A stretch of DNA of 61,936 nt, counting the filler, from Actinomycetota bacterium (GTDB lineage Bacteria; Actinomycetota; Actinomycetes; JAKEEW01): NCBI GenBank assembly GCA_046725875.1. It is 4 parts of 4 records of this genome, joined end to end, with 100 filler letters (N's around TTAATTAATTAA, not from the genome) between each part and the next. Parts side by side here need not be neighbours in the genome. Positions count along the whole stretch, not along the records: positions 43,013 to 54,900 come from JBKOZJ010000061.1; positions 55,001 to 61,936 come from JBKOZJ010000062.1; 2 more parts are not named here. One strand, given 5' to 3'. The notes under the pieces were generated by a model, which was not told the DNA's origin, searched no databases, and worked only from the letters and a program-made list of their open reading frames with translations. Each line of letters begins with the position of its first letter. The first letter of the stretch is position 1. A program made the position numbers and the translations under genes. Positions 49,567 through 58,924 of this stretch are shown one piece after another.

Positions 49567-50214
49567 ATGCGCAAGTACGTGATCATGGGCGTGCAAGGGA
49601 GCGGCAAGAGTACTCAGAGCTCACTGCTCGCCCACGACCTGGATCTCAGCCAAATCAGCGTCGGCGACATCTTCCGCTGGCACGTGCAGAACCACACCAA
49701 AATCGGTGCGCAGGTGCGACGGGTCATGGCAGCAGGTGAGCTCATCGATGACGATCTTGTCGAATCCGTCGTACGTCAGCGCCTCGACCAGCACGACTGG
49801 AACTACGGCTTCGTCATCGACGGCTTCCCCCGTAACCCACGCCAGGCTGAGTTCTTCCTCGAGAGCTACGACATCGACGGCGTGATCCACCTCGATCTTC
49901 CCGACGACGAGGTCCGGCGGCGAGTGCTAGCCCGGCGGCTTTGCTCCAACTGCGGCATGGACTACAACCTCATCGCGCACCGGCCCGAATCCGAGGACCG
50001 ATGCGACGTGTGCGGCGGCGAGCTGGTCAGCCGCGAGGACGACACCGAGGAGGCGCTGGCGGCGAGATTGCGTGACTATCACGGCAAGACCAATCCGGTC
50101 CTGGACATCTTCCGGCGGAAGGAGTTCGTCTTCACTGTCGACGCCCGCCCCGAGCGAAGCGCCGTACAGCAAGCCATCCGCGCCCAGCTTGGCCTTCCGG
50201 CATATCACGGCTGA
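49567..50214 (+). CDS. adk: Adenylate kinase family protein (Zn-lid type)
   Basis: P-loop GVQGSGKST, SVGDIFR, IDGFPR, lid CSNC...CDVC and REDD motifs. Confidence 0.85.
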   Translation: MRKYVIMGVQGSGKSTQSSLLAHDLDLSQISVGDIFRWHVQNHTKIGAQVRRVMAAGELIDDDLVESVVRQRLDQHDWNYGFVIDGFPRNPRQAEFFLESYDIDGVIHLDLPDDEVRRRVLARRLCSNCGMDYNLIAHRPESEDRCDVCGGELVSREDDTEEALAARLRDYHGKTNPVLDIFRRKEFVFTVDARPERSAVQQAIRAQLGLPAYHG

Positions 50215-50277
50215 AGCCCAACCCTCAGGCGGCGCGGGCGAGCATTAGCATGAGCGCACGACCGGCGGGAGGCGCAA

Positions 50278-50619
50278 ATGCACTATCGCGTTTTGGTCCC
50301 CGCCATCGTCCTGAGCCACTTCGGCTACTTGGCCTACCTCGTCCTGGGCGGCTTCCTGACGTGGTGGTGGCCGGCCGCGATCTGGCCGCACCTGGTCGCG
50401 ACCGGCTGGGCTGTACTCATCGTCGCCTGCTCGCTCAGCTGCCCGTTGACCGCGGCCGAACGCTGGGCCCGCCGCGGTGCGGGACAACAAATCCCAACCC
50501 GCGGATTCATGGACCGTTACGTCGAGAACGTGATCTACCCCGCTCGCTATACGAATCAGGTCCGGCTGGGGTGCGCCGTGATCGTGGTCGGTTCATGGCT
50601 GCTCGGAATAGCGCATTAA
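50278..50619 (+). CDS. DUF2784 family membrane protein
   Basis: HF...GG, CPLT..E and GF...Y....YP motifs; GGGAGG RBS. Confidence 0.85.
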   Translation: MHYRVLVPAIVLSHFGYLAYLVLGGFLTWWWPAAIWPHLVATGWAVLIVACSLSCPLTAAERWARRGAGQQIPTRGFMDRYVENVIYPARYTNQVRLGCAVIVVGSWLLGIAH

Positions 50620-50752
50620 CCAACCAGAAGACGCCGACGCCGGTGTTCCCCTGAGCCCCGCTGATGAGTCGGGCCGCGTGCTCCACCACCCCGGGGGGCG
50701 GACGATTCGGCCGAGCCCGAATCATGGAGTGGTCCCTCGGCTGCATGACAGT

Positions 50753-50786
50753 CTGTTAGGTGCTGCGGCCTGTTAGGTGCTGCGGC
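50753..50786. repeat. 17-bp perfect tandem duplication
   Basis: CTGTTAGGTGCTGCGGC x2. Confidence 0.9.
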
Positions 50787-50904
50787 AAGGCCAGCCACGC
50801 CGGACCTATCAGTATCCGATGGAATCCGCCACCATAGATGAGGTCGCCAATGCGGCGGCTCTACGGCGGTCTGGCGACCACGGACGGGACTCTGGGGGTG
50901 CCCG

Positions 50905-53109
50905 ATGAGGTTCTCAACCGCGTCCTTGGCTGACGCATGCAGCCGCCATCCCGGCCGTACGCTGGCGGCGTGGGGCCTCGTGCTGGTGGGCTCGATCGCG
51001 GCTCTCGCCTTTGTGCTGACTGAATTCACGACCGAGGCGACGGCTTCGAACAATCCGCAGTCCGAACGCGCCGACGAGCGGGCCACCGCGGCCTTCCCGG
51101 CCGATCCGCAACAATCGCTCAGCGATATGGTCATCGTGCGGTCGGCGACTTTGACGGTCACCGACGAGGGTTTCCGCACGTTCGTGGAGGGGCTGGTCCG
51201 GGCGGGCCGGGACAGTGGTGCGGTGCTGAGCGCGGTCACCTTTTACGACACGAACGACACCTCGCTGGTGTCGGCGGATCGGCACGCAACCCTGGTACCG
51301 ATCAACGTCGAAGACGACGACGCCGCGGGCGGGGTGATCGACGCGGTGCAGCGGGCGGACGCTGACCCCGATTTCGTCGTCAATGTGACCGGCAACACGA
51401 CCCGCGACCATGATTTCAACGACCTGTCCGAGCGGGATCTGCAAAACGGGGAGCTGAAGTTCGGACTGCCGGCGGCCCTGATCATCCTGCTGCTCGTCTT
51501 CGGCACGGTGGTGGCCGGCCTGGTGCCGCTGCTGATGGCGATCGTGGCGATCACGACGGCGCTGGGACTGGTCGCGCTGCTCACCCAGCTGTTCAGTCTG
51601 TCGATATTCACCACGAACATGCTGACCGGGATGGGCCTCGCGCTCGGGATCGACTACGCGCTGTTCGTCATCTCCCGCTACCGCGAGGAGCGCGGTTACG
51701 GGCGGAGTCCGGATGACGCGATCGTGGCCAGCGGTGCCACGGCCAGCCGGGCGGTCCTGTTCAGCGGGACGGCGTTCGTCATCGCCATGTTCGGCCTGCT
51801 GATCGTTCCGTCGTCGATCTTCCGCAGCCTGGCCGCGGGCGCGATCCTCGTCGGCATCACCTCGCTCGCCGTCGCGCTCACCCTGCTTCCGGCGCTGCTG
51901 GGGATCCTCCACGACCGGGTCGACTCCGGTCGGTTGCCCATCGTCGGCCGCCGCTCAGTGGAACGAGCGAACCCGGAGGGTCGCTTCTGGGCTGCGATCA
52001 TCGACCGGGTGCTGCGCCGTCCCGCGCTGAGCCTGATCCTGTCGGCCGGCGCGCTCGTCGCGCTCGCCATCCCAGCCTTCGGCATCAACATCGGTACCGC
52101 CGGCGTGAGCACCCTCCCCGACGACCTGCCAGCCAAGCAGGGCTACCTCGTACTGCAACGCGACTTTCCAGCCCAGACCGCGGATCCGGTCCACGTGGTC
52201 GTCATCAACCACACCGGCCCGGTGGCGACGGCGCTCCAGCAGCTGCGGGACAGTCTCGCCGCCGACCAACGCTTCGGGCCCGGCCAGATCCGGACCGGCA
52301 CCGGCGGCGTCGCCGATCTCGTCGTCCCGGTTCGCGGGGACCCTTCCGGCGATCAGGCCATCGCCGCCGTCCGCGACCTGCGTGACAACCTCGTCCCCAC
52401 CGCGTTCGAGCAGACCAACGCCGACCCTGTCGTCGGCGGCACCACCTCGGAGAACATCGACTACATCGACACCGTCACGAACCCCGCCCCACTGGTGTTC
52501 GCGTTCGTCCTCGGCCTGTCTCTGATCCTGCTGACCGTCGCCTTCCGGTCAGTCGTAGTCGCGCTCACCGCGATCGCGCTCAACCTGCTCTCCGTCGGCG
52601 CCGCCTACGGATTGCTCGTGCTGGTCTTCCAGCACGGCGTCGCAGCGGACTTCTTCGGGTTCCAACAGATGGACGTGATCGAGGCCTGGGTACCGCTGTT
52701 CCTCTTCTCGGTCCTTTTCGGCCTCTCCATGGACTACCAGGTCTTCTTGCTCAGCCGCATCCGCGAACGCTACGACCAGGTCGCCGACACGGCCGCCGCA
52801 ATCCGCTGGGGCGTCGCCTCCACCGCCCGGATCATCACCGGCGCAGCGCTCATCATCGTCGCGGTCTTCTCCGGCTTCGCCCGCGGTGACCTGGTCATGT
52901 TCCAGCAGATGGGCTTCGGCGTCGCCATCGCTCTGCTGCTCGACGCGACGGTCATCCGCTCCGTCGTACTCCCCAGCGCCATGGTGCTGCTCGGCGACCG
53001 GAACTGGTACCTCCCCGCCTGGCTCGGCTGGATCCCCCACCTCGAAGTCGAAGGCCACCTGGCTCCGGCCCCGGCTGCCGCGCCACGGGCCGAACCACGT
53101 CCTGTTTAG
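50905..53109 (+). CDS. MMPL/RND family transporter
   Basis: GIDYALF...RYREE, FGLSMDYQVFLLSRIRE and DATVIR motifs. Confidence 0.93.
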   Translation: MRFSTASLADACSRHPGRTLAAWGLVLVGSIAALAFVLTEFTTEATASNNPQSERADERATAAFPADPQQSLSDMVIVRSATLTVTDEGFRTFVEGLVRAGRDSGAVLSAVTFYDTNDTSLVSADRHATLVPINVEDDDAAGGVIDAVQRADADPDFVVNVTGNTTRDHDFNDLSERDLQNGELKFGLPAALIILLLVFGTVVAGLVPLLMAIVAITTALGLVALLTQLFSLSIFTTNMLTGMGLALGIDYALFVISRYREERGYGRSPDDAIVASGATASRAVLFSGTAFVIAMFGLLIVPSSIFRSLAAGAILVGITSLAVALTLLPALLGILHDRVDSGRLPIVGRRSVERANPEGRFWAAIIDRVLRRPALSLILSAGALVALAIPAFGINIGTAGVSTLPDDLPAKQGYLVLQRDFPAQTADPVHVVVINHTGPVATALQQLRDSLAADQRFGPGQIRTGTGGVADLVVPVRGDPSGDQAIAAVRDLRDNLVPTAFEQTNADPVVGGTTSENIDYIDTVTNPAPLVFAFVLGLSLILLTVAFRSVVVALTAIALNLLSVGAAYGLLVLVFQHGVAADFFGFQQMDVIEAWVPLFLFSVLFGLSMDYQVFLLSRIRERYDQVADTAAAIRWGVASTARIITGAALIIVAVFSGFARGDLVMFQQMGFGVAIALLLDATVIRSVVLPSAMVLLGDRNWYLPAWLGWIPHLEVEGHLAPAPAAAPRAEPRPV

Positions 53110-53137
53110 ACAGCATCGGCGCGCGTGCTAACCGTGC

Positions 53138-54187
53138 TTATGCGGCGGCGCGATCGGCGAGCGGGCGCCGCCGCTGTGCCTTGTCGGCCAGTACCGGCGG
53201 GCTCCAGGCACCGTCCACGTCGTACATGTTGGTTCCCGGCGGCACGAGTTCGTCGATCCGATCGAGGGCCGCGTCGTCCAGGGCGAGCGAGGCGCCCTTC
53301 AGCAATTCCTCTAGCTGATCCATGGTCCGCGGCCCAATGATCACTGATGTGACGGCGGGATGCGCCACCGGGAAGGACACCGCGAGCTGGGGGAGCGAGC
53401 AGCCGATGCTGTCAGCGAGGTCGACCAGCTCTTCGACAATCTCGAGCTTGGCGGCGTTCTCCGGAATCGAGGGATCGAAGCGGCTCGGGCCAAGCGCGGC
53501 GCGGCCGCTGGACAGATCCACCGGTTGCCCCTTGCGGTATTTCCCGGTCAGGAACCCCCAGGCGAGCGGGCTCCAAGTCAGCACCCCCATCCGGTAGCGC
53601 TGGCAGACGGGAAGCACCGACGTCTCGATCCCGCGGGAAAGGATCGAGTACGGCGACTGCTCGGTCCAGAACCGCCCAAGCGCTCGGCGCTCGGCAACGT
53701 AGTGTGCATCGACGATGTCCTCCGGCGGAAAGGTCGAGCAGCCGAAGGCTCGGATCTTCCCCTGGTGCACGAGGTCGCTCAGCACGGAGAGCGTCTCCTC
53801 GATGTCGGTGGAGTGATCAGCGCGGTGAACCTGGTAGAGATCGATCCAGTCGGTGTTGAGGCGCCGCAAGCTCTCCTCGACCTCCTTGAGGATCCAGCGC
53901 CGCGAGTTGCCGCTGCGGTTGCGGCCCTCGCCCATCTGGAAGTAAACCTTTGTGGCGAGCACGACGTCGTCGCGGCGACCGCGAAGAGCCTTTCCGACGA
54001 TCTCTTCGGACTCACCGTCGGAGTACATGTCTGCGGTGTCGATGAAGTTGATGCCCTCGTCGAGGGCGGCATGGATGATGCGGACACAGTCGTCATGGTC
54101 CGGGTTGCCAATCGCGCCGAACATCATGGCGCCGAGGCATTGGGCACTCACCTCGATACCGGTGCCGCCCAGGACGCGGTAACGCAT
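53138..54187 (-). CDS. Aldo/keto reductase
   Basis: IDTADMY, LATK, IDLYQVH, WSPLA and IIGPRT motifs. Confidence 0.95.
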   Translation of the reverse strand: MRYRVLGGTGIEVSAQCLGAMMFGAIGNPDHDDCVRIIHAALDEGINFIDTADMYSDGESEEIVGKALRGRRDDVVLATKVYFQMGEGRNRSGNSRRWILKEVEESLRRLNTDWIDLYQVHRADHSTDIEETLSVLSDLVHQGKIRAFGCSTFPPEDIVDAHYVAERRALGRFWTEQSPYSILSRGIETSVLPVCQRYRMGVLTWSPLAWGFLTGKYRKGQPVDLSSGRAALGPSRFDPSIPENAAKLEIVEELVDLADSIGCSLPQLAVSFPVAHPAVTSVIIGPRTMDQLEELLKGASLALDDAALDRIDELVPPGTNMYDVDGAWSPPVLADKAQRRRPLADRAAA

Positions 54188-54219
54188 GATCACACTCCGG
54201 GAAGAGGGCTATGCGTCGC

Positions 54220-54250
54220 AGCCTAGGATCTAGAGTGGGCTCTAGGTCAA
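54220..54250 (-). promoter_or_regulatory. MerR-type promoter/operator for AKR
   Basis: Minus strand TTGACC-19 bp-TAGGCT with dyad CTAGAG-CCCA-CTCTAG in the spacer. Confidence 0.85.
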
Positions 54251-54296
54251 CCAGTCACCGTGGATGTCATTGCTGAGGTCGCTCATTCGTCGCCGA

Positions 54297-54899
54297 TCAC
54301 GATTCGGGAAGGCGCATCGGTGGGCGCCTGCCGCGGCGGGGAGAGGGTTCCTCCGATCGGCCGAGCATGGCCGGCGTCCAGTCGAGGCGGTCGTCCTCGC
54401 CGGACGGCCGGATCGTCGGGGCCTCCAGGTCGATCGGCCCGGCTTGCGTGGTCTGCGCATGACAGCGGGCTTTGCCGCGATGTCGTACCCACCACATGCC
54501 CGTGCCAGCGGCTACGGCGACAACGGCCAGCGGCGGCACGACAATCGCGGCGAGGCCGGCGCTGAGCCCGACTGCGCTGAGCACGGCCAGCAGCGGCCCG
54601 GCGCAGCAGACCGCGCATACCCCCGCAACGGCGGCCCACAGCACGGCGAGGCCACGCCGGTCGGCAGGCCCGGACGGGCCGTTTGGGGCCGCCCCGGCCA
54701 GCTCAACCTGCGCCGCGTCCAGCTGAGCCGAGAACCGGATCAGCTCCGCGACCCGCGCGCGCACCTCGGCGGACTTGGCGGCCACCTGCTGGGTCAGCCG
54801 GTCGCGGACATGCGCGCACAGTCCGCCGTCCCACACCGCGACAAGCTCACGAATCTCCTCCAGCGGCAGCCCGAGCTGCTTCGCCCTATCGATGAACCG
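54297..54899 (-). CDS. MerR-family regulator (5'-truncated) fused to a Cys-rich two-TM module
   Basis: RFIDRAKQLGLPLEEIRELV...C coiled coil continues in frame into CAVCCAGPLL and two TM helices. Confidence 0.75.
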   Translation of the reverse strand, partial: RFIDRAKQLGLPLEEIRELVAVWDGGLCAHVRDRLTQQVAAKSAEVRARVAELIRFSAQLDAAQVELAGAAPNGPSGPADRRGLAVLWAAVAGVCAVCCAGPLLAVLSAVGLSAGLAAIVVPPLAVVAVAAGTGMWWVRHRGKARCHAQTTQAGPIDLEAPTIRPSGEDDRLDWTPAMLGRSEEPSPRRGRRPPMRLPES

Positions 54900-54900
54900 C

Positions 54901-55000
54901 NNNNNNNNNNNNNNNNNNNNNNNNNNNNNNNNNNNNNNNNNNNNTTAATTAATTAANNNNNNNNNNNNNNNNNNNNNNNNNNNNNNNNNNNNNNNNNNNN
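54901..55000. other. Artificial contig spacer
   Basis: N44-TTAATTAATTAA-N44. Confidence 0.98.
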
Positions 55001-56328
55001 ATAGGCTCCGGTGGCGTCCCTGGTGGTGATCGCCACAAGGTTCCCGTTGCTCGCCGTGCTCTCGTACGTGGGACGGCAGCCGGTCAGCGCCCGCGTTCCC
55101 ATCCGTACCGCGTAAAAGCCGAGCCGCCTGGCGCCGGTACCGTCGACCAGGCCCTCGAAGTTCTGGAAGCCGCCGCTGAAGCCGTCCCAGTCATAGAACG
55201 TGAAGAGATGGCTTCCGTCGATGTGCTCGTTGCCCGGCCTGGCGCCACGGATCATGTTGGCGAGTACGGTCTTCACCCGACCGCGGCCTTGTTATAGCCG
55301 CCGCGGTAGGTCGCCCACTCGCTGAGCCAGAGCGGGTAGTCACCGTGTCCCGTGCTGTTCATCCAGCCGTGCACCTGCTGGGTGTAGCCGGTGATATCGC
55401 TGGAATAGTTGTGGACGTCCACCGCGTCAAACGACTCGGGAACCTGTTGCAGCGCCGCGAGCGGCCAGTCGCTGCCGCCCGTGGTCACCGGCGCGTAGAC
55501 GTGGTAGGTCCGCCCCGGAAGGTACGTCCGGTAGACGTAGTCGATCGCGTCCTTGGTCATTTGGACCATTCTGAAGTAGTCGGCCTGGGTCCCGCCGAAT
55601 CCCTGGCCCTGGTTGTTCGGCTCGTTGTGCACCTCGAAGTCGTCCACCCGGTAGTCGTTGCGGACGTTCAGCCAGTAGACCGTGGCGAACACGTGCTCCC
55701 ACCATTCGTTCCAGTCCGCGGTTGTGATCGGCGGGTTGGGCGACCAGGCGGGGTTCCCGTTGTTGTCCTGGTTGCGGATCGTCAGGACTGTACGGATTCC
55801 CGCGGCCTTCAGACCGCTGAAGAGGGTGACGGCGTTACCTTGCCAGAGGTTGTCGTTGCCGGACCACCAGTAGTCGCTGCCAGCGGGCGGCGTGGTCATG
55901 GCGGCATCCCACCATGCCCAGTTCACGGCGTTGGGGTCAGCTTTGATCGCATCAATGGACGGTGACCCGTAGACGCCGTCGTCGTCCTGCCACTCCCAGC
56001 GGGACATGCCGCCGTACACGCGGTAAGTCGTCATGCCCGCCTCCTGAAGGTCTGCCGGTGCGAAGCGGACGTTGCCCTCGGTCGCGCCGAAGTAGCAGGT
56101 GCTTATCCCCCACTGCGTTCCCGAGACGGTGACGGTGGCACTCATGCCCCCCGCGGGAGCGGCGAGAATATCCTCCGCGTTGGCCGCTGCCGGTCCCAAG
56201 GCAGCTACGGATCCGACCGACAGCATCAGCGCCGTTGCGGGCATCGTCCACGCACGCCCCGGCCGGAGAGGCCGGCCGGCCGATCCGTCATGTCGAGTCG
56301 ATCGCGTGTATTTGGGCCTGGTTGTCAC
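55001..56328 (-). CDS. Secreted clan GH-A glycoside hydrolase with apparent frameshift at ~55276; 3' end lost at spacer
   Basis: GGAGG RBS + GTG at 56328, signal peptide (ANA), EVHNEP acid/base and WLSEW nucleophile; the frame stops at 55273 and protein-like sequence continues in an overlapping frame. Confidence 0.7.
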
Positions 56329-56402
56329 CTGAGCCTCCAACCGCCGTGCCACCGTCGGAGACCTCGCCGACCCCACCCCTTGATTCTTTCCGGCGAGGGT
56401 CT

Positions 56403-56506
56403 TGTTACCGGTCACAGTGACCGGTAACATCCGCGAGCGTAGGGATGGTGGCGCATCTCGTCAAGTGCAGCGAACCGAACTGGTGGGATAGGTGTGAGCG
56501 GTAACA
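56403..56506. promoter_or_regulatory. LacI-family operators
   Basis: TGTTACCGGTCACA and GTGACCGGTAACA back to back (56403-56429, one 27-bp palindrome) plus TGTGAGCGGTAACA (56493-56506). Confidence 0.85.
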
Positions 56507-56554
56507 TTCGGCTCGTCGTACCTGTCTTCGAAGAACGAGGCGGAACGCAAGCGG

Positions 56555-57595
56555 ATGCAAAGACAGCCGACGATCCGGGACGTGGCCAGGCACGCTGGCG
56601 TTTCCCATCAGACCGTCTCGCGCGTCATCAACGGCCACGAGCTGGTGAGCGCGCAGACCAGGCAGCGGGTCGAGCAGGCGATCCGCGAGCTGAACTACGT
56701 GCCGAGCCCGATCGCCAGGGGCCTGATCGCGAACCGGACGCACAGCATCGGCCTGGTGAGCACCGAGATCTCCGGGTCGTTCTTCGCCGAGGTGGCGGCG
56801 GGCGCGGAGATCGCCGCACGCCAGCGGGGCTACTACCTCGTAATCGCCAGCGTGGAGGAGCATGCGGAGGCGGACGAACGGGCCTACCTGCGGCTGATGC
56901 TCGAGCGACGAGTCGAGGGATTGATCGTGGCACGGTCCCGCGTGCCACTGAACGCCGACCGGGTTACCTCGGAGCTGACCAGGCTTCCGTTGGTCGCAAT
57001 TGCGTCCCGCGAGGCGCCGGGCTTGACGGTGGTCGACGTGGACAACAAGCGCGGCGGTCTGGAGGCGACCACCCACCTGCTGGCCCACGGCCATCGGCGG
57101 ATCGCGACGGTCACGGGTCCAATGGAGTGGCAGTCGTCGCGCGCGCGGCTTGCGGGATACCTCGACGCGCACAACCGCGCGGAGGTGGAATCGGACTTGT
57201 CGCTCGTGGAGTCCGCACCGGATTGGGGACTCGCCGACGGTCAGGCCGCTGCCACTCGGCTGCTCGCGCGAGGTGCGGAGTTCACCGCGCTGTTTGCCCA
57301 CAGCGACCTGATCGCGATCGGTGCGATCAAGGAACTCCGTTCGCAGGGGATGCGAGTGCCCGAGGACGTGTCCGTGGTGGGGTACGACGACCTCCCCATC
57401 GCCGAGTATGTCGATCCGGCCCTGACGACGATCAGGCAGCCGATGCGAGCCGTCGGCGAGCAGGCCGCCCGCCTCGTGCTGGATGCGATCGCGGCCGGCG
57501 ATGCCGACGGCCCGCTTCGCCGGTCCGCTGTTCAGCTGCTGCCGGTCCATCTCGTGTCTCGCGACAGCGTGCGTCGACCGGCATCCGGCGGATAG
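56555..57595 (+). CDS. LacI family transcriptional regulator
   Basis: TIRDVARHAGVSHQTVSRVIN, VPEDVSVVGYDD and LTTIRQP motifs. Confidence 0.96.
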   Translation: MQRQPTIRDVARHAGVSHQTVSRVINGHELVSAQTRQRVEQAIRELNYVPSPIARGLIANRTHSIGLVSTEISGSFFAEVAAGAEIAARQRGYYLVIASVEEHAEADERAYLRLMLERRVEGLIVARSRVPLNADRVTSELTRLPLVAIASREAPGLTVVDVDNKRGGLEATTHLLAHGHRRIATVTGPMEWQSSRARLAGYLDAHNRAEVESDLSLVESAPDWGLADGQAAATRLLARGAEFTALFAHSDLIAIGAIKELRSQGMRVPEDVSVVGYDDLPIAEYVDPALTTIRQPMRAVGEQAARLVLDAIAAGDADGPLRRSAVQLLPVHLVSRDSVRRPASGG

Positions 57596-57754
57596 CTACG
57601 CGGTCCGCGATCCAATCGCCCGACTCCCAGCACAGCCTTACGCCCTCCGGGGCCGCTTCAGGTCCGATAGCGGCAATCGGCGCCGCCTGGTTTGTCAGAT
57701 TCTCAGCCCGCTACCAGTCGTAAAGCGGCATCCCTGAGCGGAGGTGACCGGCTA

Positions 57755-58924
57755 GTGAAGATCACTGACTTCCGTCTGACCGTCGTCGGTGCGCCGTGGC
57801 GGGAGCTGACGTTCCTCGAGCTGTTCACCGATGAGAGCCTCACCGGCATCGGTGAGGTCAGGATGGTGAACAAGACCGACACCCTGCTCGCCTGCGTCGC
57901 CGAGCTCGCACCTCGCTACGTCATCGGGACCGACCCGTCGGATGTCGAGCGGCTCGCCTGGAACATTCAGCGCGCCGAGTACGGGCGGCCCGGTGAAGTC
58001 GCCCAGTCCACGCTTGCGCTGTTCGACATGGCGTGCTGGGACCTGGTCGGGCAATCCCTCGGCGCGCCAGTCTGGCGACTGCTCGGCGGGAAGTTCCGCG
58101 ATCGGGTGCCCGCATATGCCAACGGCTGGTACAGCACCGGACGCGACCCGGTCCGAATGGCCGAGCGCGCCGGCGCGGTGGTGGCCCGCGGCTACCGCGC
58201 ATTGAAGCTGGACCCGTTCGGCGCGGCGAGCGCCGAGCTCACGAGCAGCGAGCGGCGCCGCTCGGCGGCGATCGTCGCGGCGGTCCGCGAGGCCGTCGGA
58301 CCTGACGTCGCGGTCATGATCGAGATGCACGGCCGGTTCACGCCTAGCGAGGCGGTGCGGGTGGCGGCGCTGCTCGAGCCGTTCGACCCGGAGTGGATCG
58401 AGGAGCCGATCCCACCGGAGAACCCCGCGATGCTCGCATCCGTACGAGCAGCGACCCGGATCCCGATCGCGACCGGCGAGCGCGTTCATGCTGTTCCAGA
58501 GTTCCGCGAGCTGTTCGAACGCGGGCTCGTCGACGTGGTGCAAGCCGACCTGACCCACATCGGCGGCTTCCTCGCGATGAAGCGACTGGCCGGCTGGGCG
58601 GACGCATATCTAGCGCTGATGGCACCGCACAACGTTGCCGGTCCGGTGGCGACGGCCGCCAACCTCCATTTCGCCGCTTCGACGCCGAACTACAAGATCC
58701 TCGAGCACTTCAACGACTTCGCCGACCCGTGGCTCGCCGATCTGGTCGATGCGGCGCCAACGGTCGACCCCGCGGACGGCTGCCTCGCGGTGCCCGACCG
58801 GCCTGGCCTCGGCCTCCGGCTCAACCGCGACGCCTGCCTCGCGCATCCCCGCACTGGTGCCCGGATCGAGCTCTTCCGGGACGGCTGGGAAACGCGCGGG
58901 ACCGCACCCGGATCGAGCGGCTGA
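57755..58924 (+). CDS. Mandelate racemase-superfamily sugar-acid dehydratase (galactonate dehydratase DgoD-like)
   Basis: YANGW, KLDP, EMHGR, IEEP, TGER and APHN motifs; GGAGG RBS. Confidence 0.85.
   Translation: MKITDFRLTVVGAPWRELTFLELFTDESLTGIGEVRMVNKTDTLLACVAELAPRYVIGTDPSDVERLAWNIQRAEYGRPGEVAQSTLALFDMACWDLVGQSLGAPVWRLLGGKFRDRVPAYANGWYSTGRDPVRMAERAGAVVARGYRALKLDPFGAASAELTSSERRRSAAIVAAVREAVGPDVAVMIEMHGRFTPSEAVRVAALLEPFDPEWIEEPIPPENPAMLASVRAATRIPIATGERVHAVPEFRELFERGLVDVVQADLTHIGGFLAMKRLAGWADAYLALMAPHNVAGPVATAANLHFAASTPNYKILEHFNDFADPWLADLVDAAPTVDPADGCLAVPDRPGLGLRLNRDACLAHPRTGARIELFRDGWETRGTAPGSSG

Noticed and set aside
17693..55000. TTAATTAATTAA palindrome recurring three times within N runs
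   Set aside because: Identical 100-nt artificial linkers, not biological. Operon-like continuity across them (e.g. HTTM gene to EEP gene) is therefore not claimed.
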